A stretch of 64,000 nt of DNA, taken from the NCBI GenBank assembly GCA_977017575.1, contig CDRNVI010000041.1:248001-312000 (forward strand), written 5' to 3'. The position numbers were made by a program, and so were the translations under genes. The notes below the pieces were generated by a model that was given only the letters and a program-made list of their open reading frames with translations, was not told the origin of the DNA and did no database searches. This DNA is from Paramoeba atlantica. Its lineage: Eukaryota; Protista; Discosea. How positions within the stretch are numbered: position 1 is the stretch's first letter; every line of letters starts with the position of its first letter. Below are positions 34,193 through 46,789 of the stretch, piece after piece.

Positions 34193-37100
34193 ACAGTTTC
34201 TGTACCTTGTTGGGTCTTGTTGTATTATTAACCCCCCGTCATGGGCATGTTCACCCGCAGTAGGGCGAAGGACACTGGAGCAGCTCCAGAGGTCCTACCG
34301 CTGCCACCTTCCCGGCGAAAGAAGAAAGTACCCGAGGAGCGACCTCCACCGCCACCGCTTCCGCCACCGCCGCCGCCACCACCACCACCAACACTCCGGC
34401 CGCAGCTCGCGCATTCGCCGCCCTCGCCCGCTCCACCGCCATCTCCTCCACATACGCCTCATCGGTCGCCACCTCCAGCGTTGCCGCTGCGGATGTCTCC
34501 GCCAAAGAAGCAAACACCAGAGGAACCGCAGCCGGTGCCGCCCTCGCCGCCAGCCCAAACGCCGCGGCGCTCTCATAAGCCGTCTCCGGTGCCAAGTCAT
34601 CCGCAGTCGCCGCCACAGCAGTTGGAGTCAGCACCACCTTCGCCGTTACCATCACACGCGTCGCTGCGACCTTCTCTGCCGAATCATCCGCAGTCGGTAC
34701 GTTCGCCGCTACCATCGAACACGTCAGCGCGGTTGTTTGCGACCCCAATTCATTCGCAACCGCCGTTACCACAGGCACGGTCGACACCATTGCCTCTGAC
34801 ATCGCACGTGCGATCGTCTCCGATGCCACATCATCCGCAATCGCCGCCACCTTCGCCACCGCAGCCACCTTCGCCACCGCTGCCGCAGTCGCAGTCGGTA
34901 CCGTCTTCACCTCCACCATCTCACGCACCGTTGCAAATCAAATCTCCGACGCACAGTCATCCGGGACCTCCTCCACCGCCACCTTTATCTCCACCGCCGG
35001 TGCCAACGCCGAAGCAGTCGGTCAAGAATCCGCCAAAGAAACCGTCCTTCTACGACACACTCGCCGCACATTTCCCGCCCCGCTTCCCCACGAGGGCCAG
35101 GCGTAATTGTTTCCAAGTCTCTTCACCGACCCCGACACCCCCGCCAAAACAACATACACCGCCCATAGCACTAGTTCCAGAGCCTCCTTCGGCGCCATCT
35201 CAGCCATCTCCGGTCATAACGCCCTCTCCGCCTTCTTTTCCGCCATCATCTCCGCATAAATCTCGTCCGAGCATGCACACAGCATCCCGGAGAGCGATGG
35301 TACGAGCACTGAATGGTGTGAGTGTTGAATCAAAATCTACAGATCTTGAAAGCAAAGGAAGCTCTTCGACACCGTCCCCATTGCCGCCTCCCTTACCAAC
35401 GCCGAACACGCCACCACCTATTATGCACTGTGAGGAGTCGCCCATTGCAAAAGGAGTAACGTACAACTTATACAGAACTCCAATCTTCGACACTGATTTC
35501 GAGAATCCTGAAGAACACACAGTCATTGCTAATAATCCTGCACACGATCAAAGATGCCAAAACACATCAACCCCCTTATTCCCACAAAATACAAATGATC
35601 AAGCACCCATTTGTGTTGATGAGTTTTTCGATTGCCCATCTCCACCAAAGGATACGACGATCTACGAACAAGCAACGAGTATTGTCGTTTCTCCCCGCGA
35701 AAATCAGACATCGAATGCACCTCCACACGAGAATAATCGGACGGGAACCCACCAGCCAAGTGCATCTGAAGAAAATATATCAAAAGACACAGAAGCATCC
35801 ATCGAAGAGTTCGCGATAGGGAACAGTATGATAGAAAAAATACACCCTTCTCAGGAATTCCCTTTGTCCCATCAGCCCATACTGATGTCAACAAAACAGG
35901 CAAAAGCAGATGACACAGTTATGGTGGCGTGGAGTTTCGACTGTCAAGAACAGCTGAACGTATCGAAAGGAACAGTCAAAAATGTGCGAGGAAGAGCTGG
36001 AAAAGGGAAAATAAGCCTGGAGTATTTCGGAATACACGGACACAAACAGGGTAAATCATTCAGTGGCTTCCTTCCTCCACAGTCCAATGTGCGTGTCTAT
36101 CATCTTGTTTGGAAAAACGGGGAAGGAAATTATGATCTTTCGCAAGCCACAAGCGATCCAGAACTCAACGATCCCTCGATGGCGTACAATCACACAACTG
36201 CGGACATGGATTTTGAACCAATCCCGACACAACGAAATATAAGTCCCGAATATGCTTCATGCGTTGTCGCCATATTTCGAGGAATAATTGGTGATTATAA
36301 GGAATGCAACTATGATGAGAAAAATCTTATATGGAATCGCGCCTTATCAGCCGTTAAGTCTCACTCACAACCGTCCAGATAGCCGAGGCCAGACGCAGAC
36401 GGCGACGTCCACTGAAAGAAAACCTTGAATCGACCACATCGCCTCAACAAGAAATCGACAAACGAGCAATTAAAAAAGCTATTCGATTAGTGCTGGAAGG
36501 TGCAGTCTCAAAAGCCACTAAAGTATTAGACAGGAAAATCAAGCCAAATACTCTATCCGACGAAGAAATTTTCTCCCAGCTTAAAACATTGCATCCGGAT
36601 GGCCCGATTACATTTCAGTTGCCTCATGATGCACCCCAAATCGCATGCATTACAACCGAGGAGCTCCGTTCTGAAGGACGTGGTTTGGCAAAGGGGGCAG
36701 CACCAGGCCCCACAGGACTGACCGACGGCATCATTCGTCTACTGTTAGATGATGAAGTCTGTTGCATAAACTTAAGCCACATGCTTCTCGATTTAATCAA
36801 TGGGTGTCTGTCCAAACAGCTCATGACACGCCTGCGACGCGCTCGACTTGTTGCCCTCCCCAAAGCCGAAGGTCGCGTACGGCCTATTGCGATGGGAGAA
36901 ATCCTCCTAAAGCTTGCTGGCCTTGTTCTGCTGCAACGCAAAGAAGGGACTAGAAAGTCTCTTCAAGCCAATGCAACACGGCGTAATGATGAACGGAGGA
37001 TGTGAACAAGTGGTCCATAAACTACACGCTTTGTACAATGACGGACATGCAATTCTTTCTCTGGATGTCAAGAATGCCTTTAACGTCCCCACCCGCGACG

Positions 37101-39960
37101 ACATTGCGAAAGCAATGTTTGCCTTCCACACGATGAAACCATTCCAAAGACTGTTTCACACCGAATATTCAGAGAGCTCGGAGTTGTTATTCTACGGTTC
37201 AAGTGGCAACCTCCATGGAATGGTTAATAGCACAGCAGGGGTCCGACAGGGTTCATCGTTATCTACGTTATACTTCTGTACGTTTTTCCAGCCATTGCTG
37301 GAAACAATGGCACATGAATTTCCCGAACTATATATCTACGCATGCATCGATGACGTAAATTTTGCTTCTAAAGATCCTGCGCTCATTAGCACGGCTTTCC
37401 AGCGTTTTAAGGTACTTCTTCAGGAGAAAAGAATAGAGCTGTCATGCCAAAAATGCGTTTGGTTCACCGGGAAGAATGACATCGCAATGCCTGATACTCT
37501 AGAGTGTCAAGGCACTTCAACAGAAGCTAAAGCCGATAAATTTCTCGGTGCCTTTGTTGGGGAGAATCAATCCGTGAGTTCGAAATTAGTTCAACAACTC
37601 GAAAAACATGACACCATTTTCCGGAGGCTGGAGGCCATGGGCGCTAATAATATTAGGCTCTTCGTTAAACGCGGTGGTTGCTTTCAACTTAGAAGTCACT
37701 CATGCTGCGCGCTTCGCGTTGAAAACTACCGCCGCGTTTAACGAAGAGCCTAAAAAAGAAAATTTAGCCTGGAAAACGGAAAGATTATAGCCAAAAATAG
37801 CCGAATTTCGGGTACAAATGGGGTCATTTTCGCATATTTTTGCTCTCAGAGCACTAAATCCGACATTTGCGCGTGGGAAATCACTCGCAGGCATGAATGA
37901 AAGCCTACCGAACGTATTGGGTAGAGAATGCGACTCCAACCATACCATTCTTTCGACACAAAAATGCCCCTTTAGGTCCGAAAAATACTTTTTCACCTTT
38001 TTTAGTCAAAAATGGGTCATTTTGAGGGGCGCACCACGGTTAGAAGAAGTTATACCTTGCGAAAACAACTGCGTAGAAAGCTAGTGTAGGTCCCAAACTA
38101 TCAAAATACAATAGGGGAAACGATTTTGGAAAAATATTTTTTTTGTCATTTTTTTCGCCAAGTTGAAATTTTTTTCAAAAAAATTTTTCCGAAAAAATCC
38201 GAACTTGGCGGACCCGTCCTGCGGATACGCGGGGGGGTCAACCCCGGGTAGGGGGGTGGAAAATGCGCGCCAAGACCCCGGCTACCCTTTCTGCGGGTTT
38301 GTTTCGAAAACTAATTTTTTCGAAAAAATTTGCTCGACCATGCCCCCCCCCCCTGGACCCCCCCCCTGGACCCCCCCATGGACCCCCCATTTTTTTCAAA
38401 TTTTTTTTTCAGTTTTGGGCCACCGGAGCCCCCTTTTATATTTTTTTCTTCTATTATATTACTGTGTTCCCCTTTATATTTTCACTGTTTTTGTTCACTT
38501 TTTTTTCAATAATCGAGTGTAGAGCGGTAGTTTTACAACCACCGCAATATTTCACTACGGTTACTATCGAAAAGCGTTAATGTAAGGCAAAATTACCACA
38601 TAAGGGTGCACCCCCCACAAGCCTCCCTTGACCTGACCAGAAATTTTGACGAAAAGGTTAACAGCGTATTACAGTCATGGTTTGGCAACCTAACTGCCGA
38701 GCAAATTTTATGGATGCGGCTGCCACTAAAGAAAGGTGGCTTAGGCCTGAGTCCAACAGAACCCTTTCGCCAAACGGCATACGAGACCTCTAAAAGCATA
38801 TCTCTTGAGCATTTTAATCTTAATTCAGCTCGGGAGTGCTTACTAGCGGCCCCTAAACCCGTCGGCGAGAATTCGATTACGGACTCCAAGGCCAACACTG
38901 CGTTATACCACGAAAACATTCGTACACGTCTCATGTTGAACCCAAAGACGGCGTCTGCCATCCTGTCCGCAAGCGAAAAGGGGAACCACGAGTGGCTGAT
39001 GTACACTGCACGTTTCGTTCCTTCACAGCAATTCACTTTCGCCATACTGCCGCGATTCAATCTACCACATCCGAACTTACCACCAAACGTACAATGTCCG
39101 GGGTGTCAAGTCACATATGACTCAGCCACAGCACTGCGGCACATCCCTGCATGTACGAAATGTCCGGGAATCAACGCTACAACTAAACACAATGCCCTCG
39201 TACGCTATATATATGGGCTGTGCCTCAAAGCAGGATTGCCGGCTGAACGCGAACCACGACAGTTCACATCTTACAAGTGTATGAAGTGCTCCGAAACAGT
39301 CGCCGAACGTCTTAAAAATGAGCACATGCAGAGGTATACTACGGGACGCATGCATCGCACAGGGCCAGACCTTGTTGTCTACTGGGCTTCTGGGGAAAAA
39401 TTCTATGACCTCACCGTGGTTCATGAATTGGCCCCATCGCATCAAGGCAAAAAGGCCCCCCAACTCATGCGTGACGCGATCTCCCGCAAGCAAAACACCT
39501 ATGTCGCATCAGGTTTGATCGAATCAGGACAATTCGAATGCATACCGATGCTCGCCGGAGGGGCACTTCATAAAAACACACGCAATCTACTATACGCGCT
39601 CGCGGACCGTTGCCAAATGCCTAGAGAAGATGTGATTCAACATTTTATTCTGCATCTCCAGGAACTAAACGGAACAACAACGCATGCTCACATGCGTCCG
39701 TTTCTTTCTTCCAATATGCAGGAAAAGGAATATGGTTTTTAATATGAGAGAGAAGAAGAGAAGTCTGATTTAACTAATGCAGGCAATCCCAATGAATAAA
39801 AAAAAAGGAGAAGTGACACGTAAACTCCTGAAGAAGAAAAAAAAATTATATATCTAAAGTATATCTCACGGATTTGATGGTTACTGTATATTAGTGAAGG
39901 TCTTAACAAAAAAAAAAAGACCATCGTTTTTTGTAAGACCATCGTTTTTTGTAAGACCAT
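34193..39960 (+). mobile_element. Nested full-length SL-led CRE family-1 element (ATG 34241; stops/frameshifts; split by element A3)
   Basis: 7-bp TSD CCAAGGA (34186-34192 and 39961-39967). SL nt 19-38 at 34193-34212. ACIDD RT. RLE ORF ends at 39742; poly(A) near 39907-39918. Confidence 0.88.
37651..38547 (+). mobile_element. Non-autonomous element family A, copy 3
   Basis: Removal restores GANN|ISLRLLSK in frame. The AT-rich junction is ambiguous (reads either as no TSD or as an AATATT duplication). Confidence 0.8.
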
Positions 39961-39967
39961 CCAAGGA

Positions 39968-42499
39968 GAATTTTCCCGAGGCATGGCTGCCCTTACTGCA
40001 GCTCCACTTGCACCATACAGCGAGGAAACCCTGCTAAAGCTGCAGGAAAAACACCCTAGCCCCCATGGTAATCCCATCTCGTGCCCCCTACCTCCCCTGG
40101 AAGAAGAAGCTTTAAAACTGGACGAATCCGAGGTAAGAAAAGCAGTAGATACCTTCCGTCGCGGATCCTCTGCTGGGGCTATGGGGCTCCGGCCTGAACA
40201 CCTCCAAACAGCGCTTCAAGAGCACGTCGACCAGAATATGAATCCTCTTACGACGCTCACTTCCTTCGTAAACCATCTCCTAGCTGGCAAAGCCCCAGAC
40301 GAAGTGCAACCTTTTTTTGCAGGGGCACGGCTATGCGCACTCGAAAAAGGGGAAGATGACGTGCGGCCTATCGCTGCGGGGGAAACCCTTAGACGTCTGG
40401 TGAGCAAGGCAGTGTGCCTTTCGATAAAAGAAAAAGCAGGATCCTTCTTTGGACGTCGTCAATACGGGGTCGCAGCGTCTGCTGGGGCGGAAAGAGTGAT
40501 ACACCTTTGTCGCCGTCTAATGAGAAATAATGAAGAAAATGAGAACATAACGTTCTGTAAGGTGGATCTTCGGAACGCCTTTAATAACGTGAGCCGACCC
40601 GTCTTCATCTTTCTCACACGAAAGCATTTCCCTGAACTATCCCCATGGGTAGAATGGTGTTATGCCAATCACAGCGGTCTCACATTCGGCAATGATTTTA
40701 TCACCTCGGCAGAAGGAGTGCAACAAGGAGACCCTCTGGGCCCACTCCTCTTCTCCTTGGTGTTAGCAGAGGTAACAGAAGAAATTGCATCAAATTCTAA
40801 CCTACGAACACAATTATGGTATTTAGATGACGGTGTGCTTGTAGGTGAGCCCAAAGAAGTCCGTAAAGCCCTAGACGTCCTCGACGAGATAGGACCGAAG
40901 TGGGGACTCTTCCTGAATCTCTCCAAGTGCGAGGTCATTACCCCCCCAGCATCAGCTCATACCTCCGTTTTCTTTCCTGACATCCCCAGCGATAAAATAC
41001 GGTACGACGGGAACTTCGACATTCTTGGAAGCCCAATAGGCTCTGCGGAACACTGTGCGGAGTTTCTCATGACACACGCGATTGAACCAGCCCGCGAAAC
41101 ATTAGAAGCTACTGCTGTGTTAGAAGATCCCCAAATAGCTCTCGCACTAATACGGCAATGTTCGGGGTTTTGTCAGATGGTGTACGCACTGCGCACCACT
41201 CCTCCCCAAGCCCTTGGAGAATTATGCCAAAAACTTGACTCTCATCTAGCCCAGGCCGTGGAGCACGCAATTTCTCCCTTAGGCGTCGCCGCTCGCGACC
41301 AAATACAACGACCAAAACGCCACGGCGGGTTCGGACTTCGCTCATCAATTCTCCACCAGTCAGCAGCCTACGTTTCTTCCGTCGCGCACGCCGCTAGCTT
41401 GGACAACTGGGACCCCACAGAAGCTGAGGGATTTTCCAGCTCAGCACATGACATAAATGACAAAGTTGGGACTGATCTGGTTGATCCATACACTGGACGC
41501 ATTACCAAACCTAGTGTGCCTGGTGAATATCATGCAAATCGGAGCATCCTTTCCCGCCCAGCGAAAAGAAAACTCGCACAATCCCTCAATCACGCCCTTC
41601 TCCCGGTCTCGACGGATCAGGAAAAGATCATCCCGAGGCAAAAACATCTCAGCCAAGCTATCTCGGATAGGGAATTTCAAACGGCATATTCAAAGGCAGA
41701 CGCAAGAACGCGGGCGCGATGGATCTCGCAGTCCGGAAAAGGGGCCGGAAACTGGGCTTTCGCAACTCCCTCCAAGACCAGAGGCTACGCTTTCACCCAC
41801 ACGGAGTTTCGTACCCTAACACGCTGGTGGCTAGGCATGGACGTCTTCCCCGAAGATCGGCCTTGCCCAGCTGACGGGTGCACCCTTCCCTTGCTCAAGA
41901 ATGGAGAGCACGCTTTGCTCTGCAAGAACGGCCATGGTATCATCTCACGGCACAACGCTCTGGCCCAACAATTTACATCGTTCTGCAGCAGTGCCTTCCT
42001 GGCGCCACAGAGAGAGAAGAGTTTGGGAAATCGGGGTCCTGGGGGGGCTCTCACGAGACCAGCAGACGTATTTCTGCCAACTGCCTCCATCGCCAAAGGA
42101 TCTTTAGCGCAAGGCATGGTCCTAGATTTTGCGGTCACTCACGCACAGCAAACAAAGTATTTGGACTCAGTCCACAATGCTAGCTGGGTGACCCCGGGGT
42201 CTTTTGCCGAGCACTTCGCGGAGACCAAGGCGCGACAGCGACAAGAAGCAGAAAAAGCAGGACACCTCTTCACAGCGATGGTGGTGGAATCCTTTGGTTC
42301 CTGGAGCGAGAGTGCGCTAGCGTTACTCCGGGACATCGGAACCCAACGGGCGAATGCATCCAAAGGGCTCCTTTCACGAGACCAAGCGCGAAACGATCTC
42401 CTAACAGATCTGAACGTGACGCTAATGCGTTCTCAAGCCAGGATGATGGTTTCGCGCATCCGCGTAGAGGACCCAGCGGATCCTTTGGTAGAGGCTTAA
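39968..42499 (+). CDS. CRE family-2 RT + restriction-like endonuclease (C-terminal part of the interrupted ORF)
   Basis: Uninterrupted 843 aa with all RT and RLE motifs. Confidence 0.9.
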   Translation, partial: EFSRGMAALTAAPLAPYSEETLLKLQEKHPSPHGNPISCPLPPLEEEALKLDESEVRKAVDTFRRGSSAGAMGLRPEHLQTALQEHVDQNMNPLTTLTSFVNHLLAGKAPDEVQPFFAGARLCALEKGEDDVRPIAAGETLRRLVSKAVCLSIKEKAGSFFGRRQYGVAASAGAERVIHLCRRLMRNNEENENITFCKVDLRNAFNNVSRPVFIFLTRKHFPELSPWVEWCYANHSGLTFGNDFITSAEGVQQGDPLGPLLFSLVLAEVTEEIASNSNLRTQLWYLDDGVLVGEPKEVRKALDVLDEIGPKWGLFLNLSKCEVITPPASAHTSVFFPDIPSDKIRYDGNFDILGSPIGSAEHCAEFLMTHAIEPARETLEATAVLEDPQIALALIRQCSGFCQMVYALRTTPPQALGELCQKLDSHLAQAVEHAISPLGVAARDQIQRPKRHGGFGLRSSILHQSAAYVSSVAHAASLDNWDPTEAEGFSSSAHDINDKVGTDLVDPYTGRITKPSVPGEYHANRSILSRPAKRKLAQSLNHALLPVSTDQEKIIPRQKHLSQAISDREFQTAYSKADARTRARWISQSGKGAGNWAFATPSKTRGYAFTHTEFRTLTRWWLGMDVFPEDRPCPADGCTLPLLKNGEHALLCKNGHGIISRHNALAQQFTSFCSSAFLAPQREKSLGNRGPGGALTRPADVFLPTASIAKGSLAQGMVLDFAVTHAQQTKYLDSVHNASWVTPGSFAEHFAETKARQRQEAEKAGHLFTAMVVESFGSWSESALALLRDIGTQRANASKGLLSRDQARNDLLTDLNVTLMRSQARMMVSRIRVEDPADPLVEA

Positions 42500-42539
42500 G
42501 CCTCTACTGACAGTCCTATTTCAGCACGAAGACGCCATG

Positions 42540-42790
42540 GTATCCAGGACGGGTGCTGGTCGGGTCGACAGAGTCTATGCTCACGCCTAGCCCGCGAGGG
42601 CTAGGTACCCCAAGTGAGGTATTACACGGGCAGTGAATCTCCTCCCCGTCGGCCAGCATCCTGTTTCGCGACCGTGTCGCTGTCGACACAGGCCCGCGCC
42701 TGCGCCCTCCCATATAGCAAGGGAAGGGTTCACAAGTCAGGCCGTGGAGTGGTCGAAAGACCAGGTCCGGAACGCGCGAATGGATTGGGT
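42540..42790 (+). other. Conserved structured 3' UTR RNA of CRE family 2
   Basis: Homologous to 62115-62370; long-range 12-bp helix and GNRA-capped hairpins. Confidence 0.65.
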
Positions 42791-43186
42791 CTGTATTGCT
42801 TGTTTTAGTTTTTACTGTTTCTTGTTTGTAGTATATACTTAGGGGAGATTAAATTGCTAGTTTTGGGCTGAGAAAAAACAAAAGGTACATCTGTGGAAAC
42901 AAAAAGAATTGCTAATTTGATTGCTTGTTTTAAATTCATATACCCCCCCCAATGGACCTGCTATGTACTTGGTTAAAAAAAAAAAAAGCAATATAAAAAG
43001 CATAAAAACAATATAAAATTGCTAATTTGATTGCTTTTTTTCAACTCGTAAAAAAAAAAAAAAAGATATTTTATGTATAAAATGGTTTTCTATAGACGCA
43101 AATTAAGAAAATTTCATGTTGGAGTTTCTTGAACACACAACATTCTATAAATTGAATTTAAGAAACTACGACTATTCCGCCATCCT

Positions 43187-43984
43187 ATGCCGGACGGTCA
43201 GCCCTCCGTTTCTGACGTCATGCGTCAATTGACGCTGTTAACTACCAAATTCGAATCAAATTCAAGTCAATTGCAAGTGTTGCAGGAAGGGATGGTGCAT
43301 CTACAATCCGAACTGAGACGGCTAGATCGTATGGAAGGAGATCTAAACAGGTTGAGCACGCAAAACAAGGAGGCGCTCCAAATGGTAGCACGATCCTCGG
43401 ACTCTCCGACGTACGATATTTCGGTGCACGATCTGCCGCAAGAACACGTGTTACAGCCCGAGCACTGGAAACCTGAGCATTACTGCTCGGACAATCTCCG
43501 ACGACAGCTCATCCAGCGCGTAGAGCACGAGGTGAGAAAACTATTTGGGAACTCTGCGGATCCTACGGCCGTGCCGGGAGATGCTATAGGTCTGAAGGAC
43601 GCTCTAGACACGATTCAAAGTCACCTTGAATGCTGCGATGAACTGGTTAAACGGGGCCAGGAGGTGTCGATGAAATCGATTTCCTCTGCCATAGAAAACG
43701 TAATCTTCTTGCGCTACAAACACAAGTGGGGCCGTCGTGTTGCGCTGCAATGGAAAGACGCACTCAAGTGTGCGCCAATCGGATCTAAGTATGACACGGC
43801 GCACAACACCGCAATGGAATTTTACAAAAACTGCTCGATTGCTCAAGGCGCGGTTGCTGTCTCGCAAGCAAAAAACGGCGGAGGGCGCGGGTTCGCTGCC
43901 AGTGGGCGCGGGAGAATCCGCGGGCGTGGAGGTCGAGGAGGTCTTGGCTACGCAGCTGCGACGGCTGCTCCCTCGTCCCAATGA
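43187..43984 (+). CDS. gag-like ORF1 of family X (N-terminal coiled coil, C-terminal RG-rich tail)
   Basis: Position first in the element; heptad-like N-terminus; RGRGRIRGRGGRGG. Confidence 0.6.
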   Translation: MPDGQPSVSDVMRQLTLLTTKFESNSSQLQVLQEGMVHLQSELRRLDRMEGDLNRLSTQNKEALQMVARSSDSPTYDISVHDLPQEHVLQPEHWKPEHYCSDNLRRQLIQRVEHEVRKLFGNSADPTAVPGDAIGLKDALDTIQSHLECCDELVKRGQEVSMKSISSAIENVIFLRYKHKWGRRVALQWKDALKCAPIGSKYDTAHNTAMEFYKNCSIAQGAVAVSQAKNGGGRGFAASGRGRIRGRGGRGGLGYAAATAAPSSQ

Positions 43985-44155
43985 CGGGACCTCGGGGCCG
44001 GACGACCCCTGACACGGTACGGCTGCTCGGGAGGCCGCACCGTAGAGACGATAACCACGGAATTCCCTGGTCCCGGCCAGGTCCCGATCAGAGAAAATTA
44101 TTTAGGTCACAATATAAGGTTAAAAAACATAAATTATCTCGAGCTTCCAGAAGAT

Positions 44156-45510
44156 GTGCTAGAGAGCTGTGTGCGACGAGCGGAAGAAATTTTCCGCGAA
44201 AAGTTTTCTCCAGGAACGCAGGAAATTATGAAGAGACTATGGCGAAGATTCGCAAGTTTCGGGGAACAGGTTCACTCCCAAGGATACGCGCTCGACGAAG
44301 AGAGGATGCTTTCCGCCTTTGCGCTCCATCTTTACGATCAAGAGGGCGTGAAAGGCCAAACAGTGGTGCAATATTTGTGCCACCTCGCGAACGAGTACTC
44401 CCTCTCGGGTGTGAAACTAGATGTAGCTCGGATGGATGCCTTAAAAATGGCCATGATGCGAAGGGCTTCTCCTGCTATAAAAGCGAACCCTATGTCTCGA
44501 GAGCAGGTAGTTCACTTTTTGAAGCAACCGCAACTGGCAGATATAGAAAGAACATTCATAATGGTGTACTGGCTCAGCGGCCAGAGGCCAGGCGAACTGC
44601 TAACTCTCAATGTGGACGAAGTGTCGATCACTTCCGAGGACAACGACGAGACACACTTAGCTATCTGGATGTTAAACCCGGCCAAGAATGTCACAAATCA
44701 GGAAAGAAGTACGCCCCGCTGCATACGAATGGTGATTCCTCAGGCCTGGAAGAAAACAATTCAAACCACTCTATGGACTTATCGGAGGATAGGTCGCGAA
44801 AAATGGTTCGGGGAAGTGGGCTTGAGAAAACTAAATCTGGCATTGAAAAAACTGCCGGCCGTTTTGAACCATCCTCGACTGAAGGAGAGGTTCAGTTTGT
44901 ATTCGATACGCAGAGGAGCGCTTCAACACCTTGCAGCGTTGGACGCGACAGCGTCGGATATTCAATGCTTAACTCGACATGTATCGGAAAACTCCCTTCG
45001 CGCTTACCTGGGATCCTACATGGATCCGAAAGCGGTGAAAGGTTTAGAGGTATCGAGACTACTAGGTGTACAGGCACCTCTGTATACGGAATTTCCCATG
45101 AAAGAACGAGGAACGTCTACCCGGAAAGATACCTTGACTCCACCCCCTACGAGGACACCAATCGAAATAGATTTGCCCCTCTGGGGGAGCGAGAATCCGA
45201 CCCCGGTTGCCGTGAGCGAGCGATCGTCAAAGAGGACTCCTTGCGATACGATGGCTTGCGAAACCCCGCGCTGGGAATCCAAAAAAAAAAAAAAAAAAAA
45301 TCCAAATCATTCCGGATTGCTCCGGATGGTCACTGGCAAGCCAGACCCTTCACAGACAGATTTGGAAGTTCCGAGGCCGACGTCCTCTACCAGTTTCCGC
45401 TTGTCCAAGGCGGCACCAACGTGCTGTTGCCAACACGCTGCGTCGACGAACTGTACGTCAACACGGCTTACCCAAGAGGTGTAAGCCGGGTAAGGGAGCT
45501 GGTTCCCTGA
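44156..45510 (+). CDS. Tyrosine recombinase of family X (C-terminal extension frameshifted by a 23-bp poly(A) insertion)
   Basis: GQRPGEL (R), PAKN (K), YSIRRG, LTRH...LRAYL (H, with Y at +9). Confidence 0.88.
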
Positions 45511-46789
45511 GGGGAGGGTCCGGGACGGTCCTACGAGTACTGGGCCTAGTCGGTTATCAGCCCAGCCTCTTAGAGTGAGGCCGCCAGGAATGTTGCGATG
45601 AGTGGGTTTGAACTCGCCGTCTGAGCACCATGTGCTTCAAACTTTGAGTTCTTGCCACTCCGCCACCTCCACCCCCGCGCTGGGAACCCTCGGGCAGGTT
45701 CGAAACACCCTGTTTTCAGAATGTGGCGAGAATACTCCCTTTGTCAACCCCACCACTGCCCGGAGTTTCCTCGACCCTCGCCGTTTTAGCGCCGGAGAGC
45801 GACATACCAGAATCGTGGTCGATCGAAAAGTCCGGCGCTCCCCCTCTCGCCGCCCTGGAATTTCCTCCCGTGCCTCGGTTTTCCGAGCGACCTCGCCTAC
45901 AGGATCCAATCCCCGAGTTTCCATTACAGGACAGCCTGTTTCGTACCCCCGCTCTGGTGCCAGAACCTCCCACCATCATTTCCCTGTCGCCCCCTCGGCA
46001 ACAAAGTTTCCAAAGTCAACCAACGTTCTTCCCCTCCTGGCTTGCCCAGCCGGAGAGAATGCAACAGCCGGAGATTGTCAACCCGGAGAACGTGTTTTCC
46101 TCCCCAAGCCACGCTCAAGGCATGACACCTTCGACTTTGACGCAGTTTCCCCTAGTCTCTCAGACTATCATACCGGTTCAAGTGGTATCTTCCCTTTCTC
46201 CGCAAGCCCCGACGCCACACCAGAAAAAACCCAGTCCAGTGTTGGGTTCTCCCCCCCCTCGGCTTCTGGCCCCACATCAGGAAGCACCAAGTCTGATGGT
46301 GTGCTCCCCCACCCCCCAGGCTCTGACGCCACATCAGGAAACACCAAGTCCGGTAGTGTCTTTTAGCACACCCGGGGCTCTGACGCCCCGTCCTGACCCC
46401 GTCAGGAAAGCTCAAGTCAAGCTCCTCCGTACATCACACCAGGTTTTGCCACTCCCGCAACTCCGTTCAACTTTTTGGCGTATCGGGACGCCGATCATTG
46501 GACCCCGCCTCCTCAGCCAACGCCGCCCCCCAATCCGCCGCCCCCCAATCCGCCGCCCGTAATTCATTACGAACCGCCGATGCAGAAAAAACGGTATCGA
46601 GTTCCTCAATACTTGTACAACCCGACAGGGACGGACTACGCGTCTCCCGTTCAATCGCGGGCGAGATTCAAGAAGGCAAAAAGAGACGAACGGGAAAGGG
46701 AACTGGCACAAGCGGAGCACGACGACATGGTAGCACAAAGGGGGATGGAGTCCGATACGGAACGGGACATCTAGGTCCAAACAAAAACG

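Larger units (their letters stand above)
32840..43065 (+). mobile_element. Complete CRE family-2 retrotransposon; single ORF of 1266 aa (32924-34192 + 39968-42499) once the nested insertion is removed
   Basis: N-terminal Cys/His fingers (CPAENC..H..H; CDACG..H..C). ILVRQG|EFSRGM rejoins in frame across TSD CCAAGGA. GVQQGDPLGPLLF, WYLDD, CPADGC..H..C, RPAD..LDFAVTH. Structured 3' UTR and poly(A). Confidence 0.9.

Noticed and set aside
42760-42775. SRP RNA-like CAGGTCCGGAA
   Set aside because: A short match lacking the following conserved loop, altered in the second copy, and inside a retrotransposon UTR.
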